64,000 bases of DNA from Gammaproteobacteria bacterium (GTDB taxonomy: Bacteria > Pseudomonadota > Gammaproteobacteria > GCA-001735895). The notes beneath the pieces were generated by a model, which was given only the letters and a program-made list of their open reading frames with translations, searched no databases and was not told the origin of the DNA. The stretch spans positions 1 to 64,000 of the forward strand of contig JBNKUM010000062.1 in NCBI GenBank assembly GCA_050298595.1, read 5' to 3'. A program made the position numbers and the translations under genes. This document shows positions 39,436-51,177 of this stretch, piece after piece; the stretch's first letter is position 1; every line of letters begins with the position of its first letter.

Positions 39436-39916
39436 AAAAACACCCGCTCAAGCGAGAAAAAAAGGCAAAAGCAGTCCGTTACAGGTATCCAGACTGTTTG
39501 GGAAAATTCTGCCCGATGGCTTCCAGGCCAAAACAGCCCTGATCAATCAATATCAGCATTTTTTCAATTCGCTGGATTCTGATGCGGTATTTCAAATGGT
39601 CAAGGTGGTGAGTGTTGAAGCTGATATGCTAACTGTTTCTCTGCCTTCAGCAGGGCTGGTCAATTATCTGCGCATGCATGCCCAACAGATAAGTAAAGAA
39701 ATCGAACATCAATTTGGGCAGGTGATGGCACTGAAGATCGTCACTAGTCCTATGGGTGCGCAGAATGAAATGCCGCGCTCTCGCTTAAAACCTGCCGCGC
39801 ATTTTTCTGCAGAAGTTAGCGACAAAATCAAAATATCAGCCAAAAATATTGAGGATGATGAATTAAAACAATCGTTGTTAAGACTGGCCGAAGCAATCAG
39901 GCAAAAAGAGAGTTAG
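39416..39916 (+). CDS. Hypothetical protein, DciA/DUF721-like
   Basis: 'LTVSLPSAGLVNYLRM' pattern and C-terminal 'IEDDELKQSLLRLA'. Confidence 0.55.
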   Translation: MVSRHTKKTPAQARKKGKSSPLQVSRLFGKILPDGFQAKTALINQYQHFFNSLDSDAVFQMVKVVSVEADMLTVSLPSAGLVNYLRMHAQQISKEIEHQFGQVMALKIVTSPMGAQNEMPRSRLKPAAHFSAEVSDKIKISAKNIEDDELKQSLLRLAEAIRQKES

Positions 39917-41001
39917 CTGCCGTTGCTTAGATAAGTTGTGCGACGATCATTATAAATATCAGAATACAGATTGTTCTGGATGATCTTGATCGCTGCCATG
40001 GCAGGGATGGCAAGGATGACGCCGATAGTACCAAACAGATTTCCAAAAATAATAATACCTACGATGGCGAGCACCGGATGTAAATCCACAGCATTGGCGA
40101 TCACCGAAGGTATGACCACAACGTTATCTACTACCTGTGCCACCACCACTACTGCTATTGCCATATAAATCAAACTGGGATCGAATGGTGTCACTGCAGC
40201 GGCTACTATGGTGGCCAGGAACATTGAGATTAATGGCCCGATATAGGGAATCAGATTGAGTAACCCCGTTAATGTGCCCAATAATATCGGCATATCCAGT
40301 CCGATTATAAAATAACCTGTAGTTGCTACCGCAGCCATGATGAAAGATTGAATCATGACACCACGGGTATACAGTATGAGCTGACGAGTCACTCGATGGT
40401 AGATCAGCCAGCCCAGCTCAAAACTTGAATTAGGTAACCAGTTGAGTGCTTTATTGCGTACCTGTTTAAAGTCCTTGAGGATGAAGTAAGTCAATAAAGG
40501 TACCAGAATCAGGCTAAGGGTGATGGCAAAAACCTGTTCTGATATTTTGAGTAGTAAATCATTGCCCAGTGATGATGACTGAGCTAGGATCGATACCACT
40601 ACATCTGAAACATTAAATTCAATGCCTGTGATATCAGCAAATTTCTGACTGTACACATTTAATAAGCCTTCAAGGTGGCTGAAAATACCCGGCATTTTAT
40701 TCTTCAGGAATGCTGCCTGTTCCAGTAATTGGGGCAGAGCGAAACTGATGGCTAAAATACTGGCGGTTAGCATGAGGATTAGCATGAAAATAATCGCAGC
40801 TGAATGATTAATATTTTTGCGGACCAGATAATTAGTGAATGGTTGCAGTAGTGCGTAAAGGGTAAAAGAGATAATAATGGGTAGTAATACTGACGAAAGT
40901 AGATAAAAGGCCGCTAGCACAATTCCACCAATAACCGATAAAACTTTGAAGCTATCCAGATACGCCGAGCTGGCCCGATTGGTTTCAACGTGATGTCCCA
41001 T
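39913..41001 (-). CDS. AI-2E family transporter
   Basis: LNLIPYIGP, DNVVVIP, LHP, GVILAIP. Confidence 0.92.
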   Translation of the reverse strand: MGHHVETNRASSAYLDSFKVLSVIGGIVLAAFYLLSSVLLPIIISFTLYALLQPFTNYLVRKNINHSAAIIFMLILMLTASILAISFALPQLLEQAAFLKNKMPGIFSHLEGLLNVYSQKFADITGIEFNVSDVVVSILAQSSSLGNDLLLKISEQVFAITLSLILVPLLTYFILKDFKQVRNKALNWLPNSSFELGWLIYHRVTRQLILYTRGVMIQSFIMAAVATTGYFIIGLDMPILLGTLTGLLNLIPYIGPLISMFLATIVAAAVTPFDPSLIYMAIAVVVVAQVVDNVVVIPSVIANAVDLHPVLAIVGIIIFGNLFGTIGVILAIPAMAAIKIIQNNLYSDIYNDRRTTYLSNGS

Positions 41002-41002
41002 G

Positions 41003-41491
41003 TCAGTGTCCAGCTTTATCGGCTAATAGCAGGTTAGCCTGATGTAGACGCTGTGCCAGAGTTGAGGCAAGGTTTTTCACAAAGACCAGTCCCAGATAAT
41101 GTTCCACCTCAATCCATTCCTCCAGATCCTGTTTCAGAAAAAAAACCAGTCGGCAATTTCTGGCGCAGACAGCATCAGCGGTCCGCTTATCGTTTTCAGC
41201 CAGTGCAATTTCACCAAAAAAGTCTCCCTGATCGAGTACCGAAATGGGGGTATCTAGCGCCATGATTTTTACCTGGCCTTCAAGAACCAGAATAACGCCA
41301 GCGCCCTGATCGCCTTCTCGGAACACGATCTCGTTCTGCTGATAGTTTCGAATATGCATGTTTTCGCTTAACGCGGTAATGTGACGAAGCGGGATATCCT
41401 TAAATAGAGGAGTATTGCTCCAGTATTCTGCGATGGTATTGATCTCATTGTCCTTATGTTTGAACAGGTTTGACCAGAAGAAATTGTTCAT
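41003..41491 (-). CDS. Cyclic-nucleotide-binding domain protein
   Basis: VFREGD, GDFFGEIAL...RTADA. Confidence 0.9.
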   Translation of the reverse strand: MNNFFWSNLFKHKDNEINTIAEYWSNTPLFKDIPLRHITALSENMHIRNYQQNEIVFREGDQGAGVILVLEGQVKIMALDTPISVLDQGDFFGEIALAENDKRTADAVCARNCRLVFFLKQDLEEWIEVEHYLGLVFVKNLASTLAQRLHQANLLLADKAGH

Positions 41492-41579
41492 CAATATTTG
41501 CCGGTTTTAAATAGCTAGCAGAATAGCAAAGCGTAAAACGGATTAACAATAAAGATAGGGTAACGGGAGAATATTTTTT

Positions 41580-41616
41580 AAAACTCATGAGTCACCGTTA
41601 GTGACTCATGAGTTTT
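41580..41616 (-). terminator. Perfect 16-bp hairpin downstream of tRNA-Asn
   Basis: AAAACTCATGAGTCAC-CGTTA-GTGACTCATGAGTTTT. Confidence 0.7.
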
Positions 41617-41620
41617 GAGA

Positions 41621-41696
41621 TGGCTCCCCGGCCCGGGCTCGAACCAGGGACCCAATGATTAACAGTCATTTGCTCTACCAACTGAGCTACCGGGGA
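41621..41696 (-). tRNA. tRNA-Asn(GTT)
   Basis: Reverse complement TCCCCGGTAGCTCAG...GACTGTTAATC...GGTTCGAGCCC..GGGGAGCCA; 76 nt. Confidence 0.97.
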
Positions 41697-41743
41697 ATTG
41701 CGGAGCGTATGGTAATGGAAAAGAAACTAATCAGCAATAGTAT

Positions 41744-42937
41744 TTAAATGTTTTTTTCAAAAACTTTTCCGATCCTTTGCAATGCCCTTTCAAGGTTCTG
41801 CATTGAGGTTGCAAACGATAATCTCATATAGCCAGGGGCTCCAAATGCTGAGCCCGGCACTACGGCTACTCCAGCGCTATCCAGTAGATGATTTGCTACT
41901 GCTACATCGTCCGTCAGATCAGGGCGGCTATCGATAAATGATTGAATATCAGGGAAGCTGTAAAAGGTACCATCTGAGGGAAGGCATCGAATATGAGTGA
42001 TAGAGTTGAGTGTTTGTACTACATAATCATGGCGCTTTTTGAACGCCGCGAGCATCTCTTGTATGCAAGTTTGATCACCATTTAAAGCAGCTACGGCAGC
42101 AGCCTGGGAGATAGAAGCTGGATTTGAGGTGCTTTGGGACTGTATTTTTTTCATCGCCCGGATGATATTGACGGGGCCTGCAGCATATCCAATTCGCCAC
42201 CCAGTCATGGAATAGGCTTTGGATACCCCATTCAGTACCAGGCAGCGATCATATAAATCTGCGTTCGCATTCAGAATATTGCTGAAGCCTTCGTCATTCC
42301 AGATGATGTGTTCGTACATGTCATCGGTAACCACCAGAATTTCGGGGTGCTGGATTAACACGTCGGCAATGTCCTTTAATTCCTTGTGGGAATAGGCTAT
42401 ACCAGTGGGATTAGAAGGACTGTTAATGACTACTATGCGAGTCTTCGGAGTAATCGATGCCAGCAGTTTTTCCGCTGTCATTTTAAAGTTTTCAGCCAGG
42501 GTGCTTTCAACCACCACGGGTACTGCATCAGCCAGAAGTACCATATCAGGATAAGAAACCCAGTAAGGCGCGGGGATGATGACTTCGTCACCTTTATTCA
42601 GGTATGCCTGACAAAGGTTGAAAAAGCTTTGCTTACCACCACTGGAAACCAGTATCTGGTCGGCTGCATAGTCGAGACCGTTGTCTCGTTTAAATTTATC
42701 AATAATCGCCTGTTTCAGTTCTGCTGTTCCATCAACGGCGGTATACTTGGTCTGGCCGTTGTTAATGGCTTGTATAGCAGCCTGTTTAATATGTTGCGGG
42801 GTATCGAAGTCGGGTTCGCCTGCGCCCAGCCCGATGACATCACGTCCCTGAGCACGAAGTTGACTGGCAAGATTGGTTACTGCCAGGGTTGGAGAAGGTT
42901 TGATAGCATTGACACGGTCAGATAGTCGGTATTTCAA
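41744..42937 (-). CDS. aspC: Aspartate aminotransferase (class I/II PLP enzyme)
   Basis: GEPDF, NSPSNPTG, SKAYSMTGWRIG. Confidence 0.9.
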   Translation of the reverse strand: MKYRLSDRVNAIKPSPTLAVTNLASQLRAQGRDVIGLGAGEPDFDTPQHIKQAAIQAINNGQTKYTAVDGTAELKQAIIDKFKRDNGLDYAADQILVSSGGKQSFFNLCQAYLNKGDEVIIPAPYWVSYPDMVLLADAVPVVVESTLAENFKMTAEKLLASITPKTRIVVINSPSNPTGIAYSHKELKDIADVLIQHPEILVVTDDMYEHIIWNDEGFSNILNANADLYDRCLVLNGVSKAYSMTGWRIGYAAGPVNIIRAMKKIQSQSTSNPASISQAAAVAALNGDQTCIQEMLAAFKKRHDYVVQTLNSITHIRCLPSDGTFYSFPDIQSFIDSRPDLTDDVAVANHLLDSAGVAVVPGSAFGAPGYMRLSFATSMQNLERALQRIGKVFEKNI

Positions 42938-43074
42938 GTCGATGGCCCTTACTTTGATTAATCGTGAAAAGCTTTAGCATACAGTCTGATTCAGGGCTGA
43001 TAAAGTGTTACCGCTAGCTTAAAAATTAAATTGTTATTCTGTTTGAATAAATAAAGTGTGGAAGTTATTTCTGT

Positions 43075-45081
43075 ATGTCAAAACCGTTCCAACTGGTAAC
43101 CAATTATCAGCCTGCTGGTGACCAGCCTCAGGCAATAGCTGGTCTGATTGAAGGGATCAATGATGGCTTGATGCATCAGACCCTGCTGGGTGTCACCGGC
43201 TCGGGTAAAACCTTTACCATGGCTAATGTGATTGCTGATTTACAACGTCCGGCTATCATTATGGCGCATAATAAAACCCTGGCTGCTCAGCTATATGGAG
43301 AGATGAAAGAGTTTTTCCCCAATAACTCTGTGCAATACTTTGTTTCCTATTACGACTATTACCAGCCCGAAGCTTATGTGGCTGCATCGGATACCTTCAT
43401 AGAAAAGGATGCATCGATTAATGAGCATATCGAACAGATGCGCCTGTCAGCTACCAAGTCTTTGTTCGAACGTAAAGATACGATTATTGTAGCGTCTGTC
43501 TCTGCTATCTATGGTTTAGGTGACCCTGAGTCCTATCTCAAGATGTTGTTGCATGTGGTGCAGGGCGATCTGATCGATCAGCGTAGAATACTGCGCAGGC
43601 TGGCCGAGTTGCAGTACACCCGCAACGATATTGAGCTCAAACGGGGTACCTATCGAGTACGCGGAGACGTTATCGAAATTCACCCGGCAGATAGTGAACG
43701 CGAAGCAGTGCGTATTGAATTGTTTGATAATGAGGTCGAGCAACTCAGTATGTTTGATCCCTTAACAGGAGAGATACTGGAGCGGGTTAAGCGTATTACT
43801 GTCTACCCTAAAACACACTATGTTACTCCTCGCGAAACCATTGTAGCAGCGCTGGAAGATATTAAGGTTGAATTGCAGCAGCGTCTGGCACAACTGACCG
43901 AATTGAACAAACTGGTTGAAGCGCAACGTCTGGAACAGCGCGTCAATTATGATATTGAGATGATGCTGGAGCTGGGCTATTGCAGTGGTATAGAAAACTA
44001 CTCGCGCTATCTATCGGGCAGACAACCTGGCGAGCCGCCACCGACTTTATTTGATTACTTACCAAAAGATTGCCTGTTGTTCATTGATGAAAGCCATGTC
44101 AGTGTGCCGCAGATCGGTGGTATGTATAAAGGTGATCGTTCGCGTAAGGAAACTCTGGTTGAGTATGGGTTTCGGCTACCATCTGCGCTGGATAATCGAC
44201 CACTACGTTTTGAGGAATTTGAGCGCCTGTCTCCGCAGACGATATTTGTTTCCGCTACACCTGGAAAATATGAAGATGAAAATGCTGCTGCAGTGGTCGA
44301 ACAGGTAGTGCGCCCCACCGGGCTGGTTGATCCGGTTATTGAGATTAAACCCGCCACCTCACAGGTAGATGATCTGCTTTCAGAAATCAATGTGCGGGTA
44401 AATTTATCTGAACGGGTGCTGGTTACTACGCTAACCAAGCGCATGGCTGAGGATTTGACCGACTACCTGGGTGAGCATGGGATTAAAGTCCGCTACCTTC
44501 ATTCGGATATAGATACGGTAGAACGCATGGAAATCATTCGTGATTTACGTCTGGGTGAATTCGACGTGCTAGTCGGAATCAATTTGCTCCGCGAAGGTCT
44601 GGATATGCCAGAGGTTTCACTGGTGGCCATACTGGATGCTGATAAGGAAGGTTTTTTGAGATCGGACCGGGCTCTGATACAGACTATAGGTCGAGCAGCA
44701 AGAAACCTCACTGGTAAAGCCATACTTTATGCTGACCGGATAACGGGGTCCATGCAGCGTGCTATCGATGAAACACAAAGACGTCGCGACAAGCAACTGG
44801 CCTTTAATAAGGAACATAACATTACACCTGTAGGTATCAGCAAGCAGATAACCGATGTGATGGATATGGGGCAGGGACGGGGTACACCAGGTCTCCGTAA
44901 AATAGCTGAAGCTGAGGGCCTGTATCATCATAAAATGTCACCCACAGAGTTGAAAAAGCGTCTATCTGTATTGGAAAAGAAGATGTATGAACATGCGAAT
45001 AACCTGGAGTTTGAACAGGCTGCACAGCTTAGAGATGAAATTGAAGCACTTAAAAATAAACATTATATTGCTGAAGCTTAA
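43075..45081 (+). CDS. uvrB: Excinuclease ABC subunit B
   Basis: [31 protein letters not shown]. Confidence 0.98.
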   Translation: MSKPFQLVTNYQPAGDQPQAIAGLIEGINDGLMHQTLLGVTGSGKTFTMANVIADLQRPAIIMAHNKTLAAQLYGEMKEFFPNNSVQYFVSYYDYYQPEAYVAASDTFIEKDASINEHIEQMRLSATKSLFERKDTIIVASVSAIYGLGDPESYLKMLLHVVQGDLIDQRRILRRLAELQYTRNDIELKRGTYRVRGDVIEIHPADSEREAVRIELFDNEVEQLSMFDPLTGEILERVKRITVYPKTHYVTPRETIVAALEDIKVELQQRLAQLTELNKLVEAQRLEQRVNYDIEMMLELGYCSGIENYSRYLSGRQPGEPPPTLFDYLPKDCLLFIDESHVSVPQIGGMYKGDRSRKETLVEYGFRLPSALDNRPLRFEEFERLSPQTIFVSATPGKYEDENAAAVVEQVVRPTGLVDPVIEIKPATSQVDDLLSEINVRVNLSERVLVTTLTKRMAEDLTDYLGEHGIKVRYLHSDIDTVERMEIIRDLRLGEFDVLVGINLLREGLDMPEVSLVAILDADKEGFLRSDRALIQTIGRAARNLTGKAILYADRITGSMQRAIDETQRRRDKQLAFNKEHNITPVGISKQITDVMDMGQGRGTPGLRKIAEAEGLYHHKMSPTELKKRLSVLEKKMYEHANNLEFEQAAQLRDEIEALKNKHYIAEA

Positions 45082-45357
45082 GCATATATATTGAAAGTTT
45101 AGACCTGGTTTAATGATTGGTAAGATTTCTCTATGTCAATTCTCAGTCTTAAAAACCTAAAGGCAATAAAAAGTTTCCATATTTCACACACTTATAAGCA
45201 GTGTATATATAGATAAAATTAAATAAATGGATTAGTATTCGTGTGGTTAAGCTAAGAAATCTCTGCATATTTTGATATGCACCAATTGTGTGATATGGAT
45301 CTATGCAAAGGTTTCTTGAGAAAACCAAAAACCAAAACTAAAAAATAATCAATTTAG

Positions 45358-46638
<1,281 letters not shown>

Positions 46639-46657
46639 TATCTACTGCAAGTAACTT

Positions 46658-46685
46658 AAAAAGCCCCATTTATGGGGCTTTTTTT
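46658..46685 (+). terminator. Intrinsic terminator of sqr
   Basis: AAAAAGCCCCAT-TT-ATGGGGCTTTTT. Confidence 0.88.
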
Positions 46686-46754
46686 ATTTTCTATTTCATG
46701 TAGTTGGAGATTGATTATTTAATTTTGTGATGTAGAATACCCGACCTGATTTGC

Positions 46755-46831
46755 AGGCGCGTAGCTCAGTTGGTTAGAGCACCACCTTGACATGGTGGGG
46801 GTCGGTGGTTCGAATCCACTCGCGCCTACCA
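46755..46831 (+). tRNA. tRNA-Val(GAC)
   Basis: AGGCGCGTAGCTCAG..CCACCTTGACATGGTGG..GGTTCGAATCC..CGCGCCTACCA. Confidence 0.97.
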
Positions 46832-46886
46832 GATTTATCTGGTAGTACTTTCCCGATTTTAATTAAACTATCTTTTTGATTAACAC

Positions 46887-46907
46887 GTGGCCTTTGGTAG
46901 GGGTCAC
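46887..46907 (+). promoter_or_regulatory. thrS translational operator (tRNA-Thr anticodon-arm mimic)
   Basis: Stem GTGGCCT/GGGTCAC with 7-nt loop TTGGTAG containing GGT, just upstream of the SD. Confidence 0.7.
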
Positions 46908-46925
46908 CACTGAAACAGGATCAAT

Positions 46926-48839
46926 ATGCCTCAAGTTACACTTCCCGATGGTTCTATTCGTTCGTTCGATCAAGCCGTATCAATCATAGAAATAGCTACT
47001 GATATTGGTCCAGGTCTAGCTAAAGCTACACTGGCTGGAAAGGTCAATGGTCAACTGGTCGATGCCTCTTTTATTATTAGAGATGATGCTGAAGTCTCAA
47101 TTATTACCAGTCGTGATGAAGAAGCGCTGGAGTTAATGAGACACGACGCAGCTCATGTTATGGCCCAGGCGGTTCAGGAATTATACCCAGGAACACAGGT
47201 CACGATAGGGCCTGCGATTGAAGATGGCTTCTATTACGATTTTTATCGTGACGAGGCATTTACTCCAGACGATTTAACCCTGATCGAACAGCGGATGCAT
47301 GAAATCGTCAAACGGAATCTACCTATTGTGCGAGAAGTCATGGATCGGGATCAGGCGGTTACTACTTTTGCTGATCTGGGTGAAGAATATAAGGTTGAGA
47401 TTATTAAAGACATCATTCCCGAGGGTGAAGAAGTATCCATCTATCGTCAGGGAGACTGGTTTGATGTTTGTCGCGGTCCACATTTGCCATCTACCGGTAA
47501 GCTCGGGCAGGGCTTTAAGTTGATGAAGCTGGCAGGCGCTTACTGGCGTGGTGATTCCAATAATGTAATGCTGCAACGTATCTATGGAACTGCCTGGAGT
47601 GATAAGAAGCAGCTAAAGGATTACCTACATCGACTGGAAGAAGCTGAAAAGCGCGACCATCGTCGTATAGGTAAGAAGCTTGATCTATTCCATATTCAGG
47701 AAGAAGCACCGGGTGAGGTTTTCTGGCATGAAAAGGGCTGGACTATCTATCAGGCCGTTCAGCAATACATGCGCAAGAAACAGCAGCAGTATAACTATAA
47801 GGAAATCAATACACCTCAGGTTGTGGATTTTTCTCTGTGGGAAAAATCAGGCCATGCGGCCAAGTTCAGTGCTGATATGTTCACGCTGGAAGCTGAAGGC
47901 AGGCAGTTTGCAATCAAGCCAATGAATTGTCCCTGTCATATTCAAGTGTTTAATCAGGGCTTGAAAAGCTACCGAGATTTACCATTAAGACTTGCTGAGT
48001 TTGGTTCCTGCCATCGAAATGAAATGTCAGGTGCGTTACATGGATTGATGCGGGTAAGAGCGTTTGTGCAGGATGATGCACATATCTTTTGTACCGAACA
48101 GCAGATTCAGTCCGAAGTGGCTGATTTCATCGATTTCCTGCATGAGGTTTATAGGGATTTTGGCTTTAATGAAGTGATCTATCGCTTATCCACTCGTCCT
48201 GAAAATCGTGTTGGTAGTGACGAGGTTTGGGATAAAGCTGAAAAGGCATTAGCCGAAGCAATGGATGCCAAACAGCTGGATTGGGATGAGTTACCTGGAG
48301 AAGGCGCTTTTTATGGACCAAAAATCGAATTTACTTTGAAAGATTGTATAGGACGTGAGTGGCAATGTGGTACGATCCAGGTCGACTTTTCTATGCCGGG
48401 TCGTCTGAACGCGCAATATGTTGATGAAGACGGTTCGCGTCAAACTCCAGTCATGCTGCACCGAGCGATTCTGGGATCATTTGAGCGATTTATTGGGATT
48501 CTTATAGAACAGCATGAAGGCAAGATGCCGCTCTGGTTATCCCCCGTACAGGCTGTTCTGATGAATATAACTGATAAACAGGCTGCTTATATTCAAGATG
48601 TTGAAAAAAGTCTTAAAAATCAGGGTTTCAGAGTAATTTCTGACTTGAGAAACGAGAAGATCGGCTTTAAAATTCGCGAGCACACAATGCAGCGCGTTCC
48701 TTACCTCCTTGTAGTCGGTGATCGGGAGATGGAGCAGGGTGAGATTGCTGTACGTAGTCAGGCAGGTGAAGATCTGGGAAGTATGAAGATCGACGCTTTT
48801 ATCTCTAGAGCTCAGGCTCAGATACAAAACTACGAATAG
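46926..48839 (+). CDS. thrS: Threonine--tRNA ligase
   Basis: TGS domain, CRGPH, KPMNCP, QDDAH, GAFYGPK, HRAILGS. Confidence 0.98.
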   Translation: MPQVTLPDGSIRSFDQAVSIIEIATDIGPGLAKATLAGKVNGQLVDASFIIRDDAEVSIITSRDEEALELMRHDAAHVMAQAVQELYPGTQVTIGPAIEDGFYYDFYRDEAFTPDDLTLIEQRMHEIVKRNLPIVREVMDRDQAVTTFADLGEEYKVEIIKDIIPEGEEVSIYRQGDWFDVCRGPHLPSTGKLGQGFKLMKLAGAYWRGDSNNVMLQRIYGTAWSDKKQLKDYLHRLEEAEKRDHRRIGKKLDLFHIQEEAPGEVFWHEKGWTIYQAVQQYMRKKQQQYNYKEINTPQVVDFSLWEKSGHAAKFSADMFTLEAEGRQFAIKPMNCPCHIQVFNQGLKSYRDLPLRLAEFGSCHRNEMSGALHGLMRVRAFVQDDAHIFCTEQQIQSEVADFIDFLHEVYRDFGFNEVIYRLSTRPENRVGSDEVWDKAEKALAEAMDAKQLDWDELPGEGAFYGPKIEFTLKDCIGREWQCGTIQVDFSMPGRLNAQYVDEDGSRQTPVMLHRAILGSFERFIGILIEQHEGKMPLWLSPVQAVLMNITDKQAAYIQDVEKSLKNQGFRVISDLRNEKIGFKIREHTMQRVPYLLVVGDREMEQGEIAVRSQAGEDLGSMKIDAFISRAQAQIQNYE

Positions 48840-48876
48840 TAATTGAGTTATATGAATAATTGCGAGGAATAATCCA

Positions 48877-49395
48877 ATCGCTGATGATAAGCAAAGTCGT
48901 TTAAATGACGAAATTACGGTTCCTGAAGTTAGATTAATCGATCAGGATGGTGAACAAAAAGGTATTGTTTCAATACAGGAAGCTCTACAGGCCGCGGCAG
49001 ATGCCGAACTGGATCTGGTAGAAATTGTACCGAACAGTAAACCTCCAGTATGCCGCCTGATGGACTTTGGTAAGTTCAGGTTTCAGCAAAAGAAAAAATT
49101 ACATGACCAGCGCAAGAAACAGCGCCAGATACAGATTAAGGAAATTAAATTCCGACCTGGAACTGAATTGGGCGACTATCAGGTCAAGTTAAGAAAACTG
49201 ACTGAGTTCATAGAGGCAGGCGATCGAGCCAAGGTGACTGTACGTTTCCGTGGCCGAGAAATGGCTCATATGGAATTGGGAAGAAATTTACTCAAGCGTA
49301 TCGAAGAAGATATGAGTGAGGTAGCGACGGTGGATCAATATCCGCAGTCAGAAGGCCGTCAGATGACGATGTTACTGGTGCCTAAAAAGAAATAA
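48877..49395 (+). CDS. infC: Translation initiation factor IF-3 (non-canonical ATC start)
   Basis: GAGGA SD, then ATC GCT GAT.. in frame with [22 protein letters not shown]. Confidence 0.93.
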   Translation: MADDKQSRLNDEITVPEVRLIDQDGEQKGIVSIQEALQAAADAELDLVEIVPNSKPPVCRLMDFGKFRFQQKKKLHDQRKKQRQIQIKEIKFRPGTELGDYQVKLRKLTEFIEAGDRAKVTVRFRGREMAHMELGRNLLKRIEEDMSEVATVDQYPQSEGRQMTMLLVPKKK

Positions 49396-49513
49396 TCAGT
49401 AATACTGCCTGCGCAGTATTCGATTATTCAGTCGAAAGACTGGAAGTATACCCAAACACGCAGACTCCGGCGTGCAGGGTTTTTATTTACTATTTATCGA
49501 ACGGGAGTTTGAA

Positions 49514-49711
49514 ATGCCTAAAATCAAATCGAGCCGGGGCGCTGCCAAGCGCTTCAAACGTAATGCGGCAGGTAACTATAAACGTGGCCAGTCTCATTTA
49601 CGTCATATCCTCACCAAAAAGAGCAGCAAGCGTAAACGTCATCTGGGCGATATGCTTGAAGTTAATGCTAGTGATGTACGTCAGGTACGTCGTCTTTTAC
49701 CCTATACATAG
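49514..49711 (+). CDS. rpmI: 50S ribosomal protein L35
   Basis: [20 protein letters not shown]. Confidence 0.97.
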   Translation: MPKIKSSRGAAKRFKRNAAGNYKRGQSHLRHILTKKSSKRKRHLGDMLEVNASDVRQVRRLLPYT

Positions 49712-49722
49712 GAAGGTGAGAA

Positions 49723-50088
49723 ATGCCTAGAGTTAAACGCGGTGTAACCGCACACGCACGTCATAAAAAAATTCTGGATAAAGCCAAAGGTTATCGTGGT
49801 GCACGCAGTAAGGTGTTCCGGGTAGCCAAGCAGGCTGTTACTAAAGCTGGCCAATACGCATACCGTGACCGTAAACAGAGAAAACGTCAGTTTCGTGCCT
49901 TATGGATCGCGCGTATTAATGCTGCTGCACGTGAAAACGGCATGTCTTATAGCGTATTCATGAATGGTCTGAAAAAAGCTGCAATTGAAGTTGATCGTAA
50001 GGTTCTTGCTGATATCGCAGTTTTTGATAAGCCAGCCTTTACCACTCTGGTTGAAAAAGCCAAAGCTGGTCTACAAGCTACTGCTTAA
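49723..50088 (+). CDS. rplT: 50S ribosomal protein L20
   Basis: [24 protein letters not shown]. Confidence 0.98.
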   Translation: MPRVKRGVTAHARHKKILDKAKGYRGARSKVFRVAKQAVTKAGQYAYRDRKQRKRQFRALWIARINAAARENGMSYSVFMNGLKKAAIEVDRKVLADIAVFDKPAFTTLVEKAKAGLQATA

Positions 50089-51162
<1,074 letters not shown>

Positions 51163-51177
51163 TATCCGGTTGCTAAC

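Noticed and set aside
46826-46845. Hairpin overlapping the tRNA-Val CCA end as an att site
   Set aside because: Only a 9-bp stem; no integrase or direct repeat; core thrS follows.
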